Shown piece by piece: positions 1 through 7,921 of a DNA stretch of 56,296 nucleotides. Position 1 is the first letter of the stretch. Each line of letters begins with the position of its first letter. The stretch is from assembly GCA_964613135.1 (NCBI GenBank), contig CAZTHI010000001.1, positions 14,029-70,324 of the forward strand, given 5' to 3'. A model generated the notes under the pieces. That model saw only the letters and a program-made list of their open reading frames with translations. It had not been told where the DNA came from and did not search any database. The DNA is from an uncultured Gammaproteobacteria bacterium. Lineage in GTDB: Bacteria; Patescibacteriota; Microgenomatia; PFEM01; CAZTHI01. A program made the position numbers and the translations under genes.

Positions 1-265
1 CTTTCTCCGCTTTTCGACCGGAAATGTCAATCATTGGGCCGACAGAAAGATACGCCGCCGGCAGACAAGATTTAGCTCCGGTTCCGGCCCCGGCTTTGGT
101 AATTTTTTGTGTTTCTATCTGGGAACCCCACTCGCATATTGCCTTGCGACCCGGCGAAAAAGACATGGATTTGCCGGCGAGGAAAGAGATGGCTTTTTCC
201 TGGGAGAGTTTGAATCTTTTGAGGACTTTTATCGCGACACTGGCTAAAAAAAGCTTGAGATAAGA

Positions 266-622
266 CTATCGCTCTTTTCCTTGCGGTGTTTGACCAAACC
301 TTGCCCAATCACCGACCCTTGGTTCAATAAGGTGTTTCCAAGGCGCCGGCGTCATTAGCCTGGCGTTGGCAGGGAGTATTCCTTCCGGAAAATCTCTGCC
401 TGCGATAATTTTGCCGCCGACGAGATATTTTTGGCGGGGATTGGCAACTCGGGGGGCTTCGACCACGGAACTTTTATCGTCCTCATCGGGCTGGCCTTTT
501 CCTTCTAATAGCCCTTTTTGCTTTCGGAGAGTGCGACACGCTTCTCGGAGAAGAACACTACCATGGGGTAGTCCGGCGGGAGTATCTGCGGCCCAATCGG
601 CCCGATCCTTTCTTTTTGGCAT
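266..622 (-). CDS. unassigned ORF downstream of rpmG (only a weak NusG-NGN-like residue pattern)
   Basis: 118-aa ORF in the track. 'FPEGILP..W..L..PRVGDW' loosely recalls NusG 'FPGYVLV..W..V..TPGVTGF'. It stops at TAG, but the same frame stays open to position 1. No motif I can verify. Confidence 0.2.
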   Translation of the reverse strand: MPKRKDRADWAADTPAGLPHGSVLLREACRTLRKQKGLLEGKGQPDEDDKSSVVEAPRVANPRQKYLVGGKIIAGRDFPEGILPANARLMTPAPWKHLIEPRVGDWARFGQTPQGKER

Positions 623-646
623 ATTTCTCAGGCGGGTAGTCCAGCT

Positions 647-820
647 TCACTTAAACTTAGAACTTTCTTTGTGGACAGTCGTTTTCCGGCATTTGTGGCA
701 GTACTTATTAAAAACCAACTTCGCCGGATCATTAATCTTATTTTTTTGTGTCACGTAGTTTTGGCTTTTACAAACCTGACAGACCAAAGCCAACATTTGT
801 CGCGGACCGGTTTTTGCCAT
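647..820 (-). CDS. rpmG: 50S ribosomal protein L33
   Basis: Below the track's 60-aa cutoff. My translation is MAKTGPRQMLALVCQVCKSQNYVTQKNKINDPAKLVFNKYCHKCRKTTVHKESSKFK, which has the CxxC..CxxC pattern typical of L33. Confidence 0.85.
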   Translation of the reverse strand: MAKTGPRQMLALVCQVCKSQNYVTQKNKINDPAKLVFNKYCHKCRKTTVHKESSKFK

Positions 821-826
821 GTGATT

Positions 827-835
827 ATTTTAGCA
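827..835 (-). promoter_or_regulatory. extended -10 (TGCTAAAAT), 6 nt before the rpmG ATG
   Basis: The minus strand reads TGCTAAAAT-aatcac-ATG. Confidence 0.6.
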
Positions 836-1043
836 GTTCTCTTTCTCGTTGGCAATGCCCGCCATATTTACAAGAGTCGGCGCATCCCAGTTTTGAAGTT
901 GGTGGCACGCCGGCCACGAACGGGATTTCTCGGTCGCATCCAGGATAATCGATGACCGGAGTCAGCGAACCTTCTTTTTTTAAATCTCTGTTTTTTGGAC
1001 TAGAGGCAATGGGAAAGTTCAGTTTTATCATTTCATTTAATCT

Positions 1044-1119
1044 TGGAGCCTGAGTCGGGAATCGGACCCGAGACCTCGTCTTTACCAAAGACGTGCTCTG
1101 CCAACTGAGCTACCCAGGC
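1044..1119 (-). tRNA. tRNA-Thr (anticodon GGT)
   Basis: Cloverleaf folded by hand: acceptor gcctggg/ctcaggc, anticodon loop ttGGTaa, T-loop tccgatt, encoded CCA. Confidence 0.9.
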
Positions 1120-1151
1120 GGTTCGACTACGCTCACCGCCACAACCCTTCG

Positions 1152-1697
1152 CTATTTTAGCATAACGGCGTGATAGCTGACAATCGCGGCGGAAACGATG
1201 ACGTTCAGCGAGCGGTTGACGCCAAACATGGGGATTTCGACGACTTGGCCGGCCATTTTTAGAGTGGCCGGCAGAACGCCGAAAGTTTCGTTGCCAAAGA
1301 TTAGAGCAAGCGGTAACTGATATGTAGCTTTATAGTAAGGAATACTTTGATCGCTTTGTTCCACCGCCACACAATTTAATTTTAAATTTTCAATTTTCAA
1401 TTTTAAATTTAGATCGGCGATGGCTTCTTGAGCCGATCGCTTGTACTCCCAGGGCACGATTTTATACGTCCCGATCGAGGCCTTGGTAATTTTGGAGTTG
1501 GGCGGCGTCTCCATGTCGCCGCAGAGAAAGATTTTTGCGATGTTTAAGGCGTCGGCCAGCCGAAAAAGGCCGCCGATATTGTAGGTATCGTAGATATTTT
1601 CCAGAAGAAAATAAATTGGCTGGCGGGGACCGGCCATTAGTTTTTTAACGGTTTCGCTTTCCGGCAAATGTCTTAATTGTTGGGCGTTAAGTTTCAT
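1152..1697 (-). CDS. SpoU/TrmH-family RNA 2'-O-methyltransferase
   Basis: The C-terminal 'LIFGNETFGV..IPMFGVNRSLNVIVSAAIV' matches the SpoU methylase knot motifs. Confidence 0.8.
   Translation of the reverse strand: MKLNAQQLRHLPESETVKKLMAGPRQPIYFLLENIYDTYNIGGLFRLADALNIAKIFLCGDMETPPNSKITKASIGTYKIVPWEYKRSAQEAIADLNLKLKIENLKLNCVAVEQSDQSIPYYKATYQLPLALIFGNETFGVLPATLKMAGQVVEIPMFGVNRSLNVIVSAAIVSYHAVMLK
1154..1162 (-). promoter_or_regulatory. extended -10 (TGCTAAAAT) upstream of tRNA-Thr(GGT)
   Basis: The motif is formed by the last codons and stop of the trmH-like gene, about 28 nt upstream of the tRNA 5' end. Confidence 0.5.
1374..1412. repeat. heptamer tandem array (AATTTTC/TTTTNAA, about 5 units)
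   Basis: The array aatttaattttaaattttcaattttcaattttaaatttag encodes LNLKLKIENLKLN. Confidence 0.9.
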
Positions 1698-2140
1698 TGA
1701 AGGATGGTGGAGTCGCCGATCTTAAGATTTAATTTTTTGATTTGGCCGGCATTGATTTCTAAAACCTGATCGAACGGTTGGGCCACCACCACGGTTTGGG
1801 GTTCTTGGTTCGGGCCGGGGAAGGGGATGTTCTCGGCCAAGTTGATAACTTTTTGGCCCCGAATAAAGACAAAATCGAGATTAAATTTCATGTCCTTCAT
1901 CCAGAAGGTGTATTCATCGGCCTTCTTGAAGATAAATAACATGCCCGCGTTTTCCGGCAGTTTTTCCCGGCCGGAAAGCCCTTGGACGATTTTTGCCGGT
2001 GTATCGGCCATTTCCACTAAAATCGTTTGGCCATTGATCACAATTTGTGGTGCCGTGTTTTTAGGCGCCAAAAATTTTGCCCCCAGCAAAAGGCCGGCCA
2101 AAATGACCAAAAGGAAAAGTATTTTTAGCGTGGAAGACAT
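1694..2140 (-). CDS. DUF192 family protein with signal anchor
   Basis: 'GMLFIF..FWMKDMKFNLDFVFI' is the DUF192 pattern. I chose the ATG at 2140 because the track's TTG start at 2149 overlaps tRNA-Tyr. Confidence 0.7.
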   Translation of the reverse strand: MSSTLKILFLLVILAGLLLGAKFLAPKNTAPQIVINGQTILVEMADTPAKIVQGLSGREKLPENAGMLFIFKKADEYTFWMKDMKFNLDFVFIRGQKVINLAENIPFPGPNQEPQTVVVAQPFDQVLEINAGQIKKLNLKIGDSTILQ

Positions 2141-2143
2141 GGG

Positions 2144-2226
2144 TGCCAAGGCCAGGATTCGGACCTGGGAAGCCTTGCGGCTCCTCTTTTACAGAGAGGT
2201 GCGTTTGTCCACTTCGCTACCTTGGC
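2144..2226 (-). tRNA. tRNA-Tyr (anticodon GTA), long variable arm
   Basis: Acceptor gccaagg/ccttggc, anticodon loop ctGTAaa, class II variable arm, no encoded CCA. Confidence 0.9.
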
Positions 2227-2235
2227 TTGATGCTG

Positions 2236-2244
2236 ATTTTAGCA
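2236..2244 (-). promoter_or_regulatory. extended -10 (TGCTAAAAT) upstream of tRNA-Tyr
   Basis: TGCTAAAAT-cagcatc, followed about 3 nt later by the tRNA 5' end. Confidence 0.6.
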
Positions 2245-2259
2245 TAAAAAGAAGGGTTT

Positions 2260-2700
2260 TTAAACTTTAAGACGGAAAGACTTGCGGGTGGTCAGGCCGG
2301 AATTAAGCCTGGAGGTGACCACAAGGCGGGCAGCGGTAATGTTGGTGTGCCAGCGGCAAACATTTTTCGAGCAGGTGCCGAATAACAGCTCGCGACTAGC
2401 CGTGTTTGACGCGGTGCCGGAAACGGTACCGCGCGCTCCCTGGGGAATGCCGGCGGCGGTATAAGTTAGCTCATAAGTCACGGAAGTGGCGTTGTTCAGG
2501 CCGGAAAAACTGACAATGATGCCCAGTCGATTGGCTTTAAATTTGACCGAAGAGGCCACCCGGCCGGCGGTAGTCGTTCCTGAACTGACAGTCATGCTTG
2601 CTCCACGCGCAGTTCTGGCTTTGGCCGCCCAAACTGAGCTCGGCCAGACCAGTGGCACTGAGATTGCCAAGAGAACAAAAATGATGATTTTTGGCTTCAC
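2260..2700 (-). CDS. hypothetical secreted protein
   Basis: N-terminal signal peptide MKPKIIIFVLLAISVPLVWPSSVWA. GTG start 6 nt after a TATACT box at 2707-2712. Confidence 0.5.
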   Translation of the reverse strand: MKPKIIIFVLLAISVPLVWPSSVWAAKARTARGASMTVSSGTTTAGRVASSVKFKANRLGIIVSFSGLNNATSVTYELTYTAAGIPQGARGTVSGTASNTASRELLFGTCSKNVCRWHTNITAARLVVTSRLNSGLTTRKSFRLKV

Positions 2701-2716
2701 GATTTCAGTATACTAG

Positions 2717-2745
2717 TTGACATTGGGAAGTCAACCGGATATTGT
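2717..2745 (+). promoter_or_regulatory. sigma70-like promoter, TTGACA-17-TATTGT
   Basis: -35 at 2717-2722, -10 at 2740-2745, ATG at 2753 (7 nt after the -10). Confidence 0.6.
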
Positions 2746-2752
2746 AAAAATA

Positions 2753-3364
2753 ATGAAGAAAGGTTTGGCGATTGGCGCCGGTGTGGTGGTTTTGTTGTTG
2801 GCCGGTGTGGTAGGGGCGGTTAATTTAAAAAAATCTGCCTCGGTGTTCAGCCCGGCTGGCGGACCGACACCAACCGCGAGCGTGGCATTATTAATTTGGA
2901 CCGACCCGGCCGGCTTTAAGTTTGCTTATCCGGAAGCGGTTAAAATTAACGCCCATCCGGAAGATAAAATCAATTACGCCAATCTGGATTTAACGGCCGA
3001 AGGTAAAAATGGTGGGATTAAAATTTTAGTAGCCGACGATGCTTATAAAAGCTTAGAGGTTTGGGCTAAAAAGCAGCAAGCCGCCGGCGGTCAAATTTTG
3101 GATTCCACTTTAGGCGAGAAACCGGCGAAAAAAGCGATTTTTACCGCGCCGGCCAAAATGATCATCGCCACGATTGACGCTGAGGCTTTAGTAACTTTGG
3201 AGGCCGATTTGCAGGGAGGGGATTACTGGCCGACTGTTTTTACCGATCTGGCGGCGAGCTTTGAATTTATTCCTCTGGCCTCAGAACCCACTAGGGTTCC
3301 GGCCAAATCCGGCTCCTCAGCTGGCAGCGGTGTGATTGATGAGGGAGAAGAAGTGGTTGAGTAG
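2753..3364 (+). CDS. hypothetical membrane-anchored protein
   Basis: Start MKKGLAIGAGVVVLLLAGVVGAV (TM anchor). The TTG at 2717 in the track is the -35 box. Confidence 0.5.
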   Translation: MKKGLAIGAGVVVLLLAGVVGAVNLKKSASVFSPAGGPTPTASVALLIWTDPAGFKFAYPEAVKINAHPEDKINYANLDLTAEGKNGGIKILVADDAYKSLEVWAKKQQAAGGQILDSTLGEKPAKKAIFTAPAKMIIATIDAEALVTLEADLQGGDYWPTVFTDLAASFEFIPLASEPTRVPAKSGSSAGSGVIDEGEEVVE

Positions 3365-3367
3365 GGC

Positions 3368-4339
3368 ATGAGAAAAGTGATTTTAATAGTCCTCGGGCTG
3401 GGATTACTCATTCTTTTGCTTCCAAGTCGGGGGGCCGAGTTAATTTCCCCGTTTTTACCGGGACCCGCTAAACCCACGCCGCTTTTAAAATATTCTTTTG
3501 AAAATCTTCGTCAGCGGGAGTATCTCGGCAGCGAGATCAAGCTGGAAAAGATTATTAAAAAAGAGGCGGCCTACACTTCCTGGCTGTTTTCTTATCAAAC
3601 CGATGGCTGGAAAATTACCGGCATGGCCAATTTGCCTGCCGGGGAGGGAAAATTTCCTGTCATTGTCATGTTGCGGGGCTACGCCGACGACGAAATCTAT
3701 TTTACCGGCTTGGGCACGCGCAACGTGGCGGCTAAATTTGCCGAAGCCGGTTTTATCACTTTGGCCCCGGATTTTTTGGGCTTCGGCGGTTCGGATTCGT
3801 CCTCCAAAGACATTTTGGAAACACGCTTTTACCGGCCGGTCGAGGTACTAAACCTGCTGGCTTCGATTGGTGGCTTGCCACAAGCTAACCCGCAGCGGGT
3901 CGGCTTGTGGGCTCATTCCAACGGCGGCCAGATCACGATTTCGGTTTTGGAGATTAACCGCCGGCCGCTGCCGACTGTTTTGTGGGCGCCGGTGACGGCC
4001 GGTTTTCCGGAGGCGATTTTAAACTACCTCGGCGAACTGGATGATCAAGGCTTGAAAGTTAAAACAGCGATTGATAATTTTTCGGAAACTTACGATCCCA
4101 AGAGCTATTCCATCACCAATTACTTTGCCGATATTGCCGCTCCTCTCCAGATTCATCAAGGCCTGGCCGACCCGTTAGTGAAAGAGGAGTGGACCACCGA
4201 ATTTGTCGATAGGCTGCACTCGGCTGGTAAAAACGTCACTTACTACCAATATCCCCGCAACGACCATAATTTGAAACAAAGTTGGGATTTAGTCGTTGCT
4301 CGCGATTTGGAATTTTTTAAGAAAAGTTTAGTTAATTGA
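3368..4339 (+). CDS. secreted alpha/beta hydrolase (S9 peptidase / dienelactone hydrolase-like)
   Basis: Signal peptide, nucleophile elbow 'WAHSNGG', C-terminal 'DH' region. Confidence 0.7.
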   Translation: MRKVILIVLGLGLLILLLPSRGAELISPFLPGPAKPTPLLKYSFENLRQREYLGSEIKLEKIIKKEAAYTSWLFSYQTDGWKITGMANLPAGEGKFPVIVMLRGYADDEIYFTGLGTRNVAAKFAEAGFITLAPDFLGFGGSDSSSKDILETRFYRPVEVLNLLASIGGLPQANPQRVGLWAHSNGGQITISVLEINRRPLPTVLWAPVTAGFPEAILNYLGELDDQGLKVKTAIDNFSETYDPKSYSITNYFADIAAPLQIHQGLADPLVKEEWTTEFVDRLHSAGKNVTYYQYPRNDHNLKQSWDLVVARDLEFFKKSLVN

Positions 4340-5120
4340 CTTTCAAGACCTCATCCAGATATTTTTTTAAGATCTTTTGCCATTTTTTGCCGTAACGAGC
4401 GTATTTGCCTAAGAATTCACGAATAAATCGGTTTCTGAACGCCAGCGCCTCTTTGCCCTTGATGCCTTCTTGGCGGGCCAGCTCTTTGGAAATCTCTAAC
4501 GCCTCCTTGAAATACAGCCTAAAAGTTTGGTAAGACAAACCGGTTTTTTTCTCTTTTGGCGGCTGAAAGGCACCCGAAAGTTTAGCAATCACCGTTTTTT
4601 TGTCTTTAAATTCATGGTTTAAAAAAACCTCCAGGCCATACCCCAGGTTTTTCATTTTGGGCAGAAGCGGCAAAAGATCGTCTCTAAAATAAATTCTTTC
4701 GCCCGTAAGAAAATCATATTTGATTAATTTCCTGGTTATTTTATCAAAGAGACGGTAAACATTACCGTGAGCATCCAAATTGCCCAGAACAACGCGGGTG
4801 TTTTTCTTTTTGAGAAGCTCAACCATTTTAGTTATATGAGCTGGTTTTAGGCCAGCAAGGTCGGCATCCATCAAAAGAACCAAAGTTCCCTTGGCCTTTT
4901 TAATGCCGGCGACAACGGCCGTCGATTTTCCGTGATTCTTTTTAAAATTTATTAGTTTTATTTTCTGGCCGAAGGAATGTAAAATTGCCAAACTGTGGTC
5001 GATCGAGCCGTCATTAATGGCAATGACTTCTTTAATCTCCGGACTAGCCAGAAGTGTATCGATGACGTTTTTTACCGATTTTTCTTCATTAAAACAAGGA
5101 ACAATCGCAGAAATAGTCAT
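4332..5120 (-). CDS. family 2 glycosyltransferase
   Basis: 'SAIVPCFNEE...INDGSID...LLMDADL' are GT2 motifs. Confidence 0.8.
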   Translation of the reverse strand: MTISAIVPCFNEEKSVKNVIDTLLASPEIKEVIAINDGSIDHSLAILHSFGQKIKLINFKKNHGKSTAVVAGIKKAKGTLVLLMDADLAGLKPAHITKMVELLKKKNTRVVLGNLDAHGNVYRLFDKITRKLIKYDFLTGERIYFRDDLLPLLPKMKNLGYGLEVFLNHEFKDKKTVIAKLSGAFQPPKEKKTGLSYQTFRLYFKEALEISKELARQEGIKGKEALAFRNRFIREFLGKYARYGKKWQKILKKYLDEVLKVN

Positions 5121-5126
5121 AAATTT

Positions 5127-5135
5127 AGTATAGCA
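5127..5135 (-). promoter_or_regulatory. extended -10 (TGCTATACT), 6 nt before the GT2 ATG
   Basis: The minus strand reads TGCTATACT-aaattt-ATG. Confidence 0.55.
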
Positions 5136-5160
5136 TAATCTTTAACTCTGGAGCTCCTTG

Positions 5161-5169
5161 TGATACTAT
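5161..5169 (+). promoter_or_regulatory. extended -10 (TGATACTAT) before the ATG at 5179
   Basis: TGATACTAT-agggctgaa-ATG. Confidence 0.5.
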
Positions 5170-5178
5170 AGGGCTGAA

Positions 5179-6677
5179 ATGCCTAATCAAGAAATAACCA
5201 GAAGAAAATTTTTGGCTCTAACCGGCAGTACTTTAGTTTCTGCCGCCCTGGCAGCCTGTGGTTCTCGGATGACACCAACCCCGACACCAACCCCGACACC
5301 ACAACACCAGCGCCGAGTGGGGAAGCACCGCAAGCGGCACCCACAGTAACTCAAGTTCCGCCGACAGAAATGCCTGCTTTTGCGGAAGTGCCTACCGCTA
5401 TGGCTCAACCGACCGAAATCGGAACGGTGGTGCCTAAAACTTCCACACCAGCCGCTGCGGATAATGGTCTTGGGCCGGAGAGACGTCGAGCTCCCGAACA
5501 AAAAGAAAGCCGTCTTTTCAATATTTTATTAAGGCCCTTTATTCAAGAGGCTGAGGTTCGCCGGACCACAAGAGCTAGCCAAGACTCTGAATATTTGAAA
5601 CGGGTGGACCAAGATTTAAATACGGAGAGAGTTAATTTTCTGGTATTTGGCTGGGGAGAAACTTTTGAACCGCCGGTAATTACCGAGCCGGGAACGATTA
5701 TTGGCTCACCGAGCATCATTTCCATTAATTATAAGACTGGCGAAATACAGATTGTTTCTTTAACTCACGATATTCGGGCTCCCGAGGTCGAGAAGGCCCT
5801 GGGAACTTTAGGCAAGCGTTTGCCCAATAGTGCCAAAAAAATCGACCAGGCATATCTTGATTCGAAAGTAGGCAGTCTAGATTTAATGAGGCTAACTTTG
5901 GAAAACGCGACCGGTCTTTCCGTTGACTTTCAGTTTGCTTTTAGTGATATTGCCATTCAAAAATTAATCGATAATATTTTCCAGAGCATAGAAGTCGATG
6001 TGCCGGTTGAAATGGAATTGGCGCCTTATTATCATCGGGGAACGTTGTGTGATGAGCAGAAACGTCGCTTTTCTAAGGGGAAAATTAAACTCAATGGGCG
6101 AGAGGTGGTCGGATTTATTAAGGCCATTCCCACAGTTAATCCTGGTGAGAAAATCACCGATGGCCGACCTCCGTATTCGCCCTTGATGGAGCATAATAAA
6201 CGCAAAATGAATGTGATTGAGGGCTTTCTGAGCGCGGCCAGAAAAAAACTTTCACCTGGTCTTTTGAAAGCAATCAACGATTATTTAGACGAAGAGGCAA
6301 AAATAAAAGAAATGGAGTTTGATTTTAACTATAAAGAGCTACTGGTCAAAAGTTTACTTAACACGATCGGGGAGTGGACTAAATCGAATTTGCCCGGCGG
6401 TAAGCCCTTGGATGTTAGTATTCCGGAAATTACCGGTGAGCGCTATTTGGTTGATCGCTGCTGCAGCACTGACCCGGAAAAGACGCCTGTCCACTGGGAC
6501 TTCTGGTCCCAAAAGGCTCTCGGCGAAGATGAACTTAAAAAAGATTATCAATCCGGAGTTTATAATCCCAAAATGGCTTTTGAGGTTCCCTACAGAGGCA
6601 ATCCTTACGGAGATTTAATTGATGATTACTGGGTTGGAGTTCGAACTTATATTAAAGAATTTCTTCTAAAAAAATAA
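5179..6677 (+). pseudogene. LytR-CpsA-Psr (LCP)-like protein, frameshifted in its Thr/Pro linker
   Basis: 5179-5349 encodes MPNQEITRRKFLALTGSTLVSAALAACGS (twin-Arg plus lipobox) followed by TPTPTPTP and a stop. The body (5370-6677) is in another frame that is open from 5187. The body has an LCP-like pattern: VNFLVFGWG..SIISIN..IVSLTHD..VDFQFAFSD..VDVP. Confidence 0.5.
5271..5300. repeat. 12-nt tandem repeat gacaccaacccc x2.5
   Basis: Read directly. It lies where the two LCP reading frames must join. Confidence 0.85.
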
Positions 6678-6678
6678 T

Positions 6679-6753
6679 TGGAGCCGACGGTCAGATTTGA
6701 ACTGACGGCCTAGTGTTTACAAAACACTTGCTCTACCACTGAGCTACGTCGGC
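6679..6753 (-). tRNA. tRNA-Thr (anticodon TGT)
   Basis: Acceptor gccgacg/cgtcggc, anticodon loop ttTGTaa, T-loop ttcaaat, encoded CCA. Confidence 0.9.
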
Positions 6754-6782
6754 CCCTCGATCGACTCGGGGTAAACTACTCT

Positions 6783-6791
6783 CATTTTAGC
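6783..6791 (-). promoter_or_regulatory. extended -10 (TGCTAAAAT) upstream of tRNA-Thr(TGT)
   Basis: Same 9-mer as at 827, 1154 and 2236. Confidence 0.55.
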
Positions 6792-6813
6792 ACAAAAGGG
6801 ATGATTTGGGGAG

Positions 6814-6834
6814 AAAAAAGTCCCGCCAAGCGGG
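6814..6834 (-). terminator. intrinsic terminator
   Basis: The minus strand reads cccgc-ttg-gcggg followed by acTTTTTT. Confidence 0.6.
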
Positions 6835-6967
6835 TTGACCGTAATCTTATTCCTGTATGACTAACAGGTGGGTGCTCTGGTCCGAAGCCCACGGGCTCCG
6901 AGACACTCCGAGCTCCCGAGAATGCTTAGAGGAAAAAGCTTTTACGGCTTGCCCTTCTCAGCAGGAC
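6814..6967 (-). ncRNA. candidate small RNA, about 150 nt, family unknown
   Basis: Bounded by TTGACA-17-TAATCT (6974-7002) and a hairpin plus T6 terminator (6814-6834). No minus-strand ORF of 60 aa or more lies inside. Confidence 0.35.
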
Positions 6968-6973
6968 AACTTC

Positions 6974-7002
6974 AGATTAGCAAAAAGATTTTTCCTTGTC
7001 AA
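6974..7002 (-). promoter_or_regulatory. sigma70-like promoter, TTGACA-17-TAATCT
   Basis: The -35 overlaps the TGA stop of the 6999-7721 gene. Confidence 0.5.
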
Positions 7003-7721
7003 GGGGCTTGGCTGCCGAGAATTATTTCTTTTAATTCGGGGATCTCAAAAACTTTTTCTATTTGCCAATGGTTCTTTTCGTAAACGAGTTTGGGTGTTGT
7101 ATAAAAAGCTTCTGGAATAACAGTGGTTTTTAACAGTGGACGGAGATTTCGTAAAAATCGAAGCCTTCTCTCCGGAGAACACAGGATGGCATCTTCGATA
7201 CCCGTATGGAATGCGCCTATCACAGTGACAAGGTTCTGATTTTTTCTCAACAAGTTTTCGGCAACCCATTCTTCTTTATGGGCAATGACGGTATTTCTTA
7301 GGGCCAGTCCCATAAGATTCAATTCAGGATGTGCCCGATGAAACAATTTATCTAATTTCAATGTTCCGGCGACTCCTTTATCCAAAACAAGGGGTATTGT
7401 TGTTACCATCTCGATCGGCAGTGGGGTGAGTAACCAAAACGCCACTAGGCCGGTTACCCCTATTTTTAAAAAATCACGGCGGGAAATTGGTTTTTCCCAT
7501 GAGATTTTCCGTAATGCCTCATATCCGAGAAGCAATTCTGTTGTTGGTAACAGCATATCGCTCACGCTCAAGGCAAATAAGCCAGAATCCAAAAAACTCA
7601 GGTCCGGAAGATAAACGGGAATTTGTTTTTCTTCCAATGACGGTCGGAGTTTTTGGTAGGGGTAGGCAGAAGGGAAAACGTCCAGCCCTGGTAGTTTCAT
7701 GGAATTCCCCTCGAGAAACAT
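6999..7721 (-). CDS. hypothetical protein
   Basis: 240-aa ORF with an internal 'RRDFLKIGVTGLVAFWLL' hydrophobic segment. The frame stays open 58 codons upstream of the ATG. Confidence 0.5.
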   Translation of the reverse strand: MFLEGNSMKLPGLDVFPSAYPYQKLRPSLEEKQIPVYLPDLSFLDSGLFALSVSDMLLPTTELLLGYEALRKISWEKPISRRDFLKIGVTGLVAFWLLTPLPIEMVTTIPLVLDKGVAGTLKLDKLFHRAHPELNLMGLALRNTVIAHKEEWVAENLLRKNQNLVTVIGAFHTGIEDAILCSPERRLRFLRNLRPLLKTTVIPEAFYTTPKLVYEKNHWQIEKVFEIPELKEIILGSQAP

Positions 7722-7921
7722 GGCGGTGGTTTCTCTGGGGATTATTCTTGGACCCTCCTGCTTTAAATGGTGGGTATAGATTACGGTGTAGACGTTTCCG
7801 TCTTTGTAAAGACGAACAACGTTGCCTTCCCGCTCGAGGCGGTTAGGTAAAGTATTATTTTCTCGAGAAGAAAATTGCCCTTCTATAGTTATAGGTTAGT
7901 ATTATACCAGTTTTGGGGAAT

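Noticed and set aside
366-758. 130-aa plus-strand ORF
   Set aside because: It overlaps rpmG antisense and has non-protein-like composition.
825-1088. 87-aa minus-strand ORF
   Set aside because: Its first 15 codons are the tRNA-Thr(GGT) sequence itself.
5187-5501. 104-aa minus-strand ORF
   Set aside because: It is antisense to the LCP-like signal and linker. Its R/C/G-rich low-complexity sequence is produced by the Thr/Pro repeat.
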